A stretch of DNA of 64,000 bases from a virus. Lineage: Duplodnaviria; Caudoviricetes. Made by a program: the position numbers and the translations under genes. The notes below the pieces were generated by a model, which worked only from the letters and a program-made list of their open reading frames with translations, ran no database searches and was not told the DNA's origin. Position 1 is the first letter of the stretch. Each line of letters starts with the position of its first letter. Location of the stretch: positions 1 to 64,000 of the IMG/VR virus record IMGVR_UViG_2690315872_000001; one strand, written 5' to 3'. Shown here piece by piece: positions 17,898-25,824 of the stretch.

Positions 17898-18422
17898 ATG
17901 GCCACCAAGAAAGACAATGCCGCGCTGCTCGGCGAGAAACTCGGCGTCACCATCAACGCCGACGCCAGCAACCCGAAAGCGGACGTCCTGCAGGGCTGGG
18001 CGGACCGCGCCGACACGGACCCCGAGGGCGTCAAACGCGAGATCCTCACCGCTCAGGTCGAAGCGGCCCTCGACGTCGAACTGACCGACGCGACCCTGAC
18101 CGTGGACACCCTCGCCGGGATCCTCGCGCAGGCCAGTGAAGATCAGGACGCCGCGCGCGCCGCACTCCAGCAGGCGCTGGACGGCCCGCCCGCCAGTGCA
18201 GCCGGAGCGGGCAGCCAGGGCGACCCTGACCCCGCACCGACCGAACCGGCAGGGGAGACCGTCACCGTCCGCGTGAACGACATCATCGCCGAGTACGGCG
18301 GGACGTTCACGGACCCCGAGCAGCCCGAGGGGCAGCGCGTCATCACTGGTGACGCCCGCGAGGTGCAGCGCACCCACACGGTCCGGCAGGGCCTGCTGAC
18401 CGGCACGCTCGTCGAGGCGTAA
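17898..18422 (+). CDS. Virion-associated hypothetical protein
   Basis: CAGGAGG RBS, follows the capsid gene. Confidence 0.7.
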   Translation: MATKKDNAALLGEKLGVTINADASNPKADVLQGWADRADTDPEGVKREILTAQVEAALDVELTDATLTVDTLAGILAQASEDQDAARAALQQALDGPPASAAGAGSQGDPDPAPTEPAGETVTVRVNDIIAEYGGTFTDPEQPEGQRVITGDAREVQRTHTVRQGLLTGTLVEA

Positions 18423-18423
18423 C

Positions 18424-18855
18424 GTGCTCACCGTCACGCCACAGCAGGTGCCGCAGCTCATCCCTGGCGCGCCCGCCGACGTGGCGGACGCACACCTGGG
18501 CCTCGCCACGCTCTGGCTCGCGCAGCAGCTCAGTGACCGCCGCGTCAGCGAGGACGCCCTCAGCGACCAGGCGCAGATTGCCGCGCGCACCGCCCTGGCC
18601 GCGAAAGCCCTCGAACTGCGCAGCGCCCTCACGGGCGGCGTCACGCGCCTGCAGGTCGCCACGAGCAGCAGCGGCGGCGCGCTGGAGAGCATCAAGCTCC
18701 CCGGTCTCGAACTGAAGCTCGGGAAGACCGTCACCGTGGACGGCGCGCAGGCCCACGAGGTCGCCGCCGGAACCTGGGCCGCGCTGGCCGGGCAGCTGCT
18801 CGCGCTGGCGCTGCCCAGCCTGCCCCGCCGCGTGTTCCCCGGAGCGGCCCGGTGA
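18424..18855 (+). CDS. Putative head-tail adaptor
   Basis: Size and synteny only. Confidence 0.5.
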   Translation: MLTVTPQQVPQLIPGAPADVADAHLGLATLWLAQQLSDRRVSEDALSDQAQIAARTALAAKALELRSALTGGVTRLQVATSSSGGALESIKLPGLELKLGKTVTVDGAQAHEVAAGTWAALAGQLLALALPSLPRRVFPGAAR

Positions 18856-19583
18856 TCCTGGACCTCCTGAACGCGGCCGCCGAGAAGATCGACGAGGTCG
18901 CGCCGATCATCTCGGACGTGCTGGCCAGCAACCTCGCGCAGCCGGTGACGTTCGAGCGGTTCGGGCAGCCACCCGGCCCCCTGCGCGCCCTGATCGCCCA
19001 GGAGGAGGACCGCAGCACCGACGCCCCCAAGGTCGACGAGCCCGGCATCAGCAACCGCAGCTTCACCGCCCTGCTGCCGTACCACGAACCCGCACTCACG
19101 CCCGGCTGGATCCTCACGGACGCCACCGGCCGCGTGCACGTGCCCGTCGCGCCCATCCTGAACCCGGCCGGGCGGAACCTGTTCCTCGTCGCCCGGGTCG
19201 CGCCGCTCGTCGAACGCACCCGCGTGCACGACCTGGTGTTCCAGGTGCCCGGGGTGGGCGTCACCCGCCCGTACGGGGCACTGAACCCCATCCCGGCACC
19301 CGCCACGGCCCTACCCGTCCAGGCGCGCCTCGCCGCGACGACCGACCCGAAGATCCGGGACAGCGTCGGCGCGGACGCCGCCGAGGTGGTCCTCGTGGGC
19401 CGCTGGGGACCCCTCACCGCACCCACCGGCACCCCGGACGGCCTGCGCTGGGGCCTGAGCGCACCCCTGACCCTGAGCGGCCAGCCCGGCACGCTCACCC
19501 TCAAGCTCGCGTGGCCGGACGAGGACCTGCACCGCGAAGCGCAGTTCGGCGCGCGATTCCTCGCCGTGTGGCGCACCCCCTGA
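18852..19583 (+). CDS. Putative head-closure/neck protein
   Basis: Synteny, GTGA coupling. Confidence 0.5.
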   Translation: MILDLLNAAAEKIDEVAPIISDVLASNLAQPVTFERFGQPPGPLRALIAQEEDRSTDAPKVDEPGISNRSFTALLPYHEPALTPGWILTDATGRVHVPVAPILNPAGRNLFLVARVAPLVERTRVHDLVFQVPGVGVTRPYGALNPIPAPATALPVQARLAATTDPKIRDSVGADAAEVVLVGRWGPLTAPTGTPDGLRWGLSAPLTLSGQPGTLTLKLAWPDEDLHREAQFGARFLAVWRTP

Positions 19584-19594
19584 AGGAGGCCACC

Positions 19595-19984
19595 ATGACC
19601 CCCAAGAAGAAACCCACCGCGGCCCGCACTGACGCCAGTGCGCCCACCGCCGACCACACTGCGGACCTCCTGGCCCGCGTGACCGTCGAGGACACCCCCG
19701 ACCAGGAGGACGCCGCGACAATCACCGTGGACCGCGTCACCCGCACCGCGCTCGTCCGCGTGAACCCCGACCTCGTGGACGACCAGGCGCGGCACGGGTA
19801 CCAGCTGCGCGGCGTGGCCCGCCTGATCCTCAGCGGGTACGCCGCGTACAACCGCGACATCAAGCGGAAGTACGGCGAGTGGCCCGACGAACAGAAGGTC
19901 CACGACCTCGCCGCGGACGACGCCGAGTACCACCTGCAGGCCCTCCTGCACCAGCTGCACCCCTACCAGCCTCCGGAGGCCTGA
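19595..19984 (+). CDS. Hypothetical protein
   Basis: AAGGAGG RBS before ATG 19595. Confidence 0.65.
   Translation: MTPKKKPTAARTDASAPTADHTADLLARVTVEDTPDQEDAATITVDRVTRTALVRVNPDLVDDQARHGYQLRGVARLILSGYAAYNRDIKRKYGEWPDEQKVHDLAADDAEYHLQALLHQLHPYQPPEA
19625..19642. repeat. 18-bp palindrome copy 6 (CGCACTGACGCCAGTGCG), inside CDS
   Basis: Encodes RTDASA. Confidence 0.88.
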
Positions 19985-19986
19985 GC

Positions 19987-20394
19987 GTGGGCGCCCGCGT
20001 GATCATCGACCTGCGGGACCTCAACCGGCGCGCCCGCGTGGCCACCAAGGGCACCGCAGAGCGCGTCGGCCGCCGCGCGGACATCCTCATCAACGCCCGC
20101 AGCTGGACGTGGCCCGGCACCACCCTCCGCGCCAACGGCAGCGTCGCCGGCACGAAACGCAACATCGTCGACACCAGCACCCTCCGGAACAGCCGCCGCG
20201 ACCCCGTGCTGAACGACGCGCGCAGCGGGTACAGCGCCCGCCTCACCTGGGGCGCCTCACACGCCGCCGCCGTATTCCTCGGCGCGATGTTCCGGAAGCG
20301 CCGGTACGTCATGCCCGCCCGCAACGCGCCCCTCGCGGCCGTGAAGCGAGGCACCCTCCAGGACTTCGCCCGGGCGTGGCAGGAGGCCGAGTGA
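19987..20394 (+). CDS. Tail completion/neck protein (HK97 gp10-like)
   Basis: NIVDTSTLRNS resembles the VDTG.LR.S motif. Confidence 0.6.
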   Translation: MGARVIIDLRDLNRRARVATKGTAERVGRRADILINARSWTWPGTTLRANGSVAGTKRNIVDTSTLRNSRRDPVLNDARSGYSARLTWGASHAAAVFLGAMFRKRRYVMPARNAPLAAVKRGTLQDFARAWQEAE

Positions 20395-20768
20395 GACAGC
20401 TCACCCTCCAGGAACTCCGCGACACGCTCGAAGGGACCCTCACCCGCTGGGGCGTGCCACTCGGCACGTACACCCTCCCCGGCGGCGCCCAGGCCCCCGC
20501 CCTGTGGGTCGGCGACGTGCCCGAAGGCACCACCGTCACCGGCCTGGAAGTCCTCATTCCGGCCACGCCGGAACAGGACGTCATCCAGGTCATGGCGGGC
20601 GTCATCACCATCGACCGCTACCCCGTCCGGCTCGTCAGTCACGACGGGCAGCCCATCAAAACCGCGCTGAACGCCGTGTACCACGCCTTCAAAACCATCA
20701 CCGACGTGAACGCCCTGCCCGCCACCAGCGACTACCCCGAACAGGTCGTCGTGACCATCACCCCCTGA
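20391..20768 (+). CDS. Putative tail terminator
   Basis: AGGAGG RBS, immediately before the tail tube gene. Confidence 0.55.
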   Translation: MRQLTLQELRDTLEGTLTRWGVPLGTYTLPGGAQAPALWVGDVPEGTTVTGLEVLIPATPEQDVIQVMAGVITIDRYPVRLVSHDGQPIKTALNAVYHAFKTITDVNALPATSDYPEQVVVTITP

Positions 20769-20781
20769 GGAGAGAACCACC

Positions 20782-21258
20782 ATGGGATACACCCCCGCAG
20801 AACTGCTGTCCAAAGTCACGCTCGGCCGTGAAAGCCTCTTCCGCGTCGCCCCGCTCGGCGTGAACGGCGCCATGCCCGCCGCCGCCGCCTACAAGGAACT
20901 GTGCCTCGCCAGCGAAGTCACCGTCGGCTTCGAAAACCAGACGATCTCCTTCGCGAACTTCTGCAGCGGCGGCACCAACATCGACATCCCCTTCGGCGAG
21001 ACCGGCACCGTCGACCTCAGCGAAATGCAGTGGATCGCCGACGACGAGGCCCTCGTCATCATGGAAACCGCCGCGCGCGACAAGGAAGCCATCGCGTACG
21101 AATTCATGCCCGAAGGCGCCGGCGCCGGCAAGGTCGTGTACCGCGGCGTCATGAACGTCAACAGCTGGAAGGTCAAAGCGGCCGCCGCTGGCCTCGTCAC
21201 CGTCGAGAACCCCACCCTCACCAGCCCCGGCAAGCCCGAGAAGGCCACCCAGGTGTGA
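20782..21258 (+). CDS. Major tail tube protein
   Basis: 158 aa, beta-rich, GAGGAG RBS, synteny. Confidence 0.75.
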   Translation: MGYTPAELLSKVTLGRESLFRVAPLGVNGAMPAAAAYKELCLASEVTVGFENQTISFANFCSGGTNIDIPFGETGTVDLSEMQWIADDEALVIMETAARDKEAIAYEFMPEGAGAGKVVYRGVMNVNSWKVKAAAAGLVTVENPTLTSPGKPEKATQV

Positions 21259-21494
21259 TCTGGCGCGACCGCTGGGACGGCACGCCCAGCGTCGTCGCCA
21301 TCACCGTGCAGGGCGAGGAGAACGGCGAACTCGACGCCGTCATCCTCGCCCTGCGCCTCGACACGCTCCCCCGCACCCCCGTCCCCCTCACCAACGAGCA
21401 TGGCCAGACCCTGCGCGCCACGCTGCCGCAGGGCCTGGATCCGTTCAGCATCAACCCCCGCCAGACCCTGACCGTGGAGGTCACCCACAAATGA
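21255..21494 (+). CDS. Small hypothetical protein
   Basis: Coupled by overlaps on both sides. Confidence 0.55.
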   Translation: MIWRDRWDGTPSVVAITVQGEENGELDAVILALRLDTLPRTPVPLTNEHGQTLRATLPQGLDPFSINPRQTLTVEVTHK

Positions 21495-22168
21495 AGAACA
21501 TCAAATTCGCATTCGGCACCGGCACCCGCAAGACCCTCCCCTTCGAGATCGGCGGCGTGACCTTCTTCAGCCGCCCCCTCACCAGCCGCGAGGAACTCGA
21601 ACTCGCGGACCTCGGCGACCGCTACGACCTCGAAAACGAGAACGCCCCCATCAGCACGTACCTCGAAGAGCAGGCCCAGGTGCTCGCCACCCTGCTCGCC
21701 ACCCGCGCGAACGGCCAGGCAGTCGATCCCGGATGGATGCTCGACCACCTCGGCGTGCAGAACATGACCGCCATGCTGGCCTTCCTCCGCACCGGCGAAC
21801 GCCCGCATGAAACGCTCAACCTCAAACCCTGGACGGACGAACCCCTCACCATCGAGGGACGCCCGTTCACCATGCGCCCCCTCACGTTCCGGGAGCAGGC
21901 GCGCCTCGCGGCCTTCCCGCAGGACGGCAGCAGCCGCGCCATCACTGAATTCACCGCCGCGCACCTCGCGGAACTCCTCAACGTGCGCGCCCTCCCCAGT
22001 GACAACCCCGACCAGGACCAGCAGGCTGTCACCGCCAACTGGCTCCTCGACCACCTCGGCGCCGCCGAACTCCAGCAGATCCTCACGCTGATCCAGAACG
22101 GCCCAAACGCCGACGGGGCGGAGACGGAGGACCCGCCCAGCGAGGCGGCCGCGTCGACGCCCTCCTGA
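21491..22168 (+). CDS. Tail assembly chaperone (G-like), internally duplicated
   Basis: Two repeats of I.G..F..RPLT.RE...LA...LA.LL..RA...AV...W.LDHLG. Position before the tape measure. Confidence 0.75.
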   Translation: MKNIKFAFGTGTRKTLPFEIGGVTFFSRPLTSREELELADLGDRYDLENENAPISTYLEEQAQVLATLLATRANGQAVDPGWMLDHLGVQNMTAMLAFLRTGERPHETLNLKPWTDEPLTIEGRPFTMRPLTFREQARLAAFPQDGSSRAITEFTAAHLAELLNVRALPSDNPDQDQQAVTANWLLDHLGAAELQQILTLIQNGPNADGAETEDPPSEAAASTPS

Positions 22169-22566
22169 GCGTCCTGGCCGAATACGCCCGCGCGTACCAC
22201 GTCCCGCATCTCGACGCGGTCCTCGACGAACCCCACTGCCTGAAAGAGGTGCTCGTCGAGCAGCACCGCCTGCACCGCTTCCTGGAACTGCGGCCCGTGT
22301 ACGACCACATGGTCGCGCACCTCAACAGCAACGGCGGCAAGAGCGACAGCGGCAAGAAAACCCCCCGCAGCAAACTGTTCACGCTGGAGGACGTCATGCC
22401 TGCCATGCTCATCCCGCCCGAACTGCGGGGCGTGCAGTTCACTCGCGAGGAAGCTCAGGCGATCGTCGCGGCGTTCCCGCACCTGCGCGGCGCCGGATGG
22501 GTCCTGAACGCCCTCGTGAACCGCGTCATCAGCGCCGAGAAGCTCGAAGCGCTCGCCAACACCTGA
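22102..22566 (+). CDS. Tail assembly chaperone T extension reached by -1 frameshift
   Basis: Slippery heptamer C_CCA_AAC at 22102-22108. The -1 frame is open and coding-like to 22566. Confidence 0.7.
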   Translation, partial: PKRRRGGDGGPAQRGGRVDALLSVLAEYARAYHVPHLDAVLDEPHCLKEVLVEQHRLHRFLELRPVYDHMVAHLNSNGGKSDSGKKTPRSKLFTLEDVMPAMLIPPELRGVQFTREEAQAIVAAFPHLRGAGWVLNALVNRVISAEKLEALANT

Positions 22567-22645
22567 AGCCCGCTGGTCCCGTCGCGCTTGCGCCGGTTAA
22601 AAACCCAGCGGCCTCCACAGCTCCCGAGCGTCCCCTGCTGGACTT

Positions 22646-23119
22646 GTGCCACGTCCGGTAGGGGAGAGCGGGTACGGTAAGTACCCTTTCGTGGCGCTGG
22701 CCATTGCGGCCCAGGAAGTCAAAGTGAGCGATTCAGTAGGTGTTTGTCCGGTTTGCGAGTACTGGGACGGGGATCACGCGCCGGAGTGCGTGATCAGCCG
22801 CCTGCGGGACTTGGGTGTCGAGGGGCGACAGGCGCACCGGCGGGCGCTGCTGCTCGTGACGCTACTGACGGCCGGGGAGGGGATGACCCTCGCCCACCTC
22901 GCGGACGTGACCGGTGTGACCCTGGAGGACGTCCGGGACATCGTGCGCGCCCTGTTCACCGAGGGCCTCGCGTACCCCGATTGGAGCGTGGCGGGCAGGG
23001 TGCACCTGACGACCGCGCCGCACGTACAGGATGCGTGTCTTGCGGCGGCCGATCTGCTGGGCCTGACGCTCGCGCAGCCCCGCGTGCCGCACTCGCCGCT
23101 GCTGAAAGGCTTTAAATGA
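22646..23119 (+). CDS. Zn-finger plus HTH hypothetical protein (start uncertain)
   Basis: CPVC...H...C, and MTLAHLADVTGVTLEDVRDIVRALFTEGL. Confidence 0.55.
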   Translation: MPRPVGESGYGKYPFVALAIAAQEVKVSDSVGVCPVCEYWDGDHAPECVISRLRDLGVEGRQAHRRALLLVTLLTAGEGMTLAHLADVTGVTLEDVRDIVRALFTEGLAYPDWSVAGRVHLTTAPHVQDACLAAADLLGLTLAQPRVPHSPLLKGFK

Positions 23120-23138
23120 ACCGCATCAAAATCTAGAA

Positions 23139-23342
23139 TCATTTTTTCCGAGGCATGGCGACCAAATCTAATTCCAGCGCATCAAGGATGCGCTGCCAAT
23201 TTTCAGGAATCCGGCCGCTATGTCCATTGAGCAGGCGAGAGAGGTTGGGAGGCTCAAGGTCGATGCTCTGCGCGAAGTCCTTCTGGGAGATCCCGCGTTC
23301 TTTTAGGGCCTTGGCAACGGCCTCGCGGACCTGATCGTTCAT
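23139..23342 (-). CDS. XRE-family HTH repressor
   Basis: LKERGISQKDFAQSIDLEPPNLSRLLNG. TACGAT box 7 nt before ATG 23342 suggests a leaderless start. Confidence 0.88.
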   Translation of the reverse strand: MNDQVREAVAKALKERGISQKDFAQSIDLEPPNLSRLLNGHSGRIPENWQRILDALELDLVAMPRKK

Positions 23343-23362
23343 TCCTGTCATCGTATCACCGA

Positions 23363-23412
23363 GATAATCTTATCAATATTTGACAAGATTATCAAGCAGT
23401 GATAACCTGATG
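23363..23412 (+). promoter_or_regulatory. Divergent promoter with operator palindromes
   Basis: TTGACA (23380) - 17 bp - TAACCT (23403) with extended TG. GATAATCTTATCAA/TTGACAAGATTATC inverted repeat. Confidence 0.8.
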
Positions 23413-23474
23413 GCAGCAGAAAAGGGGCCAGCTTCCTACGGCCTCAGCCCCTTCTGCGACCTAGGGAGGTCTGT

Positions 23475-23783
23475 ATGACAGTGTATGGCATCAAGCAGAG
23501 CCTGCGGGGCATCTGCTCTAAGTGCGGCGCGCCCGACGGCGTCCGATTCGAGACGAACGTGCTCCTCTGCCCCCGCTGCACCACCGTCCAGGGCACCACC
23601 GACGCGGCGGACGATCACCTGGAACGCCTGATCGATTCCGCCCTGCACGCTTTCATGGACGCCTGGGAAGTGAACCCCGTCTTCAGCGCCGCGCCCGCTG
23701 CCCTGGCGGACCTCATCGCTGAGAACCTGAACGGCGCCCTGGAACGCGTGCAGGAACAGCGCGAGATGGCAGGTGAGCAGTGA
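23475..23783 (+). CDS. Zn-finger protein, paralog A
   Basis: CSKC...CPRC, DAWEVNP. GGGAGG RBS. Confidence 0.7.
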   Translation: MTVYGIKQSLRGICSKCGAPDGVRFETNVLLCPRCTTVQGTTDAADDHLERLIDSALHAFMDAWEVNPVFSAAPAALADLIAENLNGALERVQEQREMAGEQ

Positions 23784-24103
23784 TGCCCCGTGGCAAACAC
23801 TGGAACCCCAGCCTGATCGAACCCTGCCGTGGCTGCGGCCAGCGCGAAGGGCGCCCCGTTCAGAGTGCTAACGGTTACCTCTGCTCGACCTGCCATCAGG
23901 ACGAGATCAACTACAGCGCCGCCAAAGCGGAGATCACCGAAGCACTGTCCCCAATCCTGAACGAACTGCTGGACGTGTGGGAAGACAACCCCACCATGCG
24001 CCGCGACCACGCCAGCCTGAACGAGCTGTTCTCCGAGGGCCTGGCGCAGATTGGCGCGCAGATTCTCCTCGAACGCGCCGCCCGCAGGCCCCGTAGGCGC
24101 TGA
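23780..24103 (+). CDS. Zn-finger protein, paralog B
   Basis: CRGC...CSTC, DVWEDNP. Aligns with the previous ORF by eye. Confidence 0.7.
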   Translation: MMPRGKHWNPSLIEPCRGCGQREGRPVQSANGYLCSTCHQDEINYSAAKAEITEALSPILNELLDVWEDNPTMRRDHASLNELFSEGLAQIGAQILLERAARRPRRR

Positions 24104-24426
24104 TGTACCGGAGCGGCGATGCGTACAAGTCCAAGCATCGCCGCCGCGCCAAGGCAGTCGGCGCGCGCGGCAGCTTCGACAAGTGGGACGTCAGCATCCG
24201 CCTGGCTAAGCAGCGCGGACGGTGCCACTACTGTGGGGAAAGACTCGACACCCACGGGCCCAACAAATTCCAGGCGGACCACTGGATACCGCTCAGCCGA
24301 GGAGGAACGAACTATGCCGTCAACATCGTCTGCGCCTGCCCCGGCTGCAACCTCGCCAAAGGCGACAAGCTCCCGTGGGAATTCCGGCCAGCCCGCTGGG
24401 ACCCAGGAGCGCGGCGTGACGACTGA
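24103..24426 (+). CDS. HNH endonuclease
   Basis: CHYC...DHWIPLSRGGTN...NIVCACPGCNLAK. Confidence 0.92.
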   Translation: MYRSGDAYKSKHRRRAKAVGARGSFDKWDVSIRLAKQRGRCHYCGERLDTHGPNKFQADHWIPLSRGGTNYAVNIVCACPGCNLAKGDKLPWEFRPARWDPGARRDD

Positions 24427-25432
24427 AATGAAGACCTGCACCGTCTGCGCGGAACAGCTCCCGGCAACCCGGGAGTATTTCTACGCTGACAAGAAACCAG
24501 GCAGTCTGCGGGCACGGTGTAAGGCCTGTGAAGTGGCGAGACAGATGGTTACGTATCGCAAGAAGAACCCGCCACGCCTGAATGTTCCTGCAACGGCAAA
24601 GGCGTGCACCAAGTGCAAAGTTGAGAAGGCCTTGGACGATTTCCCGCGCAGCAAGCGCATGCGAGACGGACATTGCTCCTGGTGCAAAACGTGCCATGCA
24701 CAGGCGGATAAGGCTCGCAAAACGAAAATGGCGCCCGAACAGAAGCAAGAGCGGCAGCGGGCCCGGTGGGCCAACCGGAAACTCGCTCTTCAGCAGCGAC
24801 GCCGTGAGGGTGTAATTCCCGATCTGCGCGTGGACAAGAAGAAGCGAAGTGAGACTCTCGATCTGATCGGTCACGTCCCTTTCGGGGTCGCCGGGATCTA
24901 CAGCATCACCAACCGTCTCACAGGGCAGGTCTACGTCGGCAGCGCTCTGTGCGTCAGGGGGCGCTGGGCGACCCACATCTGGAGACTGCGCCGGGGCAAT
25001 CATCATTCCAGGCGTCTGCAAGGCGCGTGGACGCGTGACGGTGAGACTCAATTCGCCTTTGCCCTACTTGAGCAAGTGACAGCTGAACAGCATCTCCTGA
25101 CCATCGAGCAGGCCTGGATTAACTTCCTGCGTGCATATGCGCCGCGAGGTGGGTACAACACCAGCCCACTGGCGGGCAGCACGAGGGGAATCAAGAAAAC
25201 ACCAGACCAAATCGAACGGCACCGTCAGCAGATGCACGAGTCAGCCCACCCTTACTTCGTGAAGCATCCTGATGGACGCACTGAACTCGTCCCCAACATT
25301 GGATTATTCGCGCAGGCGAATGGCCTCAGCGCGAGCAATCTTCGTCGTGTTGGCGCGGGGCAGCAGGCCATGCACAAAGGCTACTGGTGCCGCAAGGCAA
25401 CTGAGCAGGAACGGCGATCATTCTTGGCATAG
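24416..25432 (+). CDS. GIY-YIG endonuclease with two N-terminal Cys4 zinc fingers
   Basis: GIYSITNRLTGQVYVGSA...RW...H...EQAWI...GYN. KTCTVC...CKAC and KACTKC...CKTC. Confidence 0.88.
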   Translation: MTTEMKTCTVCAEQLPATREYFYADKKPGSLRARCKACEVARQMVTYRKKNPPRLNVPATAKACTKCKVEKALDDFPRSKRMRDGHCSWCKTCHAQADKARKTKMAPEQKQERQRARWANRKLALQQRRREGVIPDLRVDKKKRSETLDLIGHVPFGVAGIYSITNRLTGQVYVGSALCVRGRWATHIWRLRRGNHHSRRLQGAWTRDGETQFAFALLEQVTAEQHLLTIEQAWINFLRAYAPRGGYNTSPLAGSTRGIKKTPDQIERHRQQMHESAHPYFVKHPDGRTELVPNIGLFAQANGLSASNLRRVGAGQQAMHKGYWCRKATEQERRSFLA

Positions 25433-25440
25433 GCTGCGGC

Positions 25441-25749
25441 ATGACCCAAGATCAGAATCTGGCACTGGCGCAGCAGATGTACCTTTCGCAGCAGAAGAAC
25501 GTGACCGTCTACGTTCTTCTGGCACTGCTTTTGGGAGGACTGGGTGTCCACCACTTTTACCTTGGTCGCACTACCCCAGGTCTCTTACATCTGCTGCTCT
25601 GCTGGACTCTTGTTCCAAGTGTTCTGGCAGTCGCGCACGCCATCAACGGGCGTAAGGCGGTGCGCGATCGCAACACCGAGATCGCTCGTCACGTCGCGAC
25701 CACCCTGGGAGCGCCAGTCGATCCGCTGTTGAAAATGGCCATGATCTGA
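25441..25749 (+). CDS. TM2-domain membrane protein
   Basis: KNVTVYVLLALLLGGLGVHHFYLG...LLLCWT. TAGGCT box 5 nt upstream. Confidence 0.88.
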   Translation: MTQDQNLALAQQMYLSQQKNVTVYVLLALLLGGLGVHHFYLGRTTPGLLHLLLCWTLVPSVLAVAHAINGRKAVRDRNTEIARHVATTLGAPVDPLLKMAMI

Positions 25750-25768
25750 CCCTCAAACCGAGATCCAC

Positions 25769-25795
25769 GCCGCCCCGCCCGGGGCGGTTTTCTAT
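25769..25795 (+). terminator. Intrinsic terminator closing the inserted cassette
   Basis: CCGCCCC-GCCC-GGGGCGG-TTTT. Confidence 0.7.
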
Positions 25796-25824
25796 TCCAC
25801 CCCTTTCCCGCTGGAGGTTCCCGC

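Noticed and set aside
24416-25432. GIY-YIG gene as part of a group I intron
   Set aside because: It does not interrupt a gene, is translationally coupled within an operon, and no intron core was recognised.
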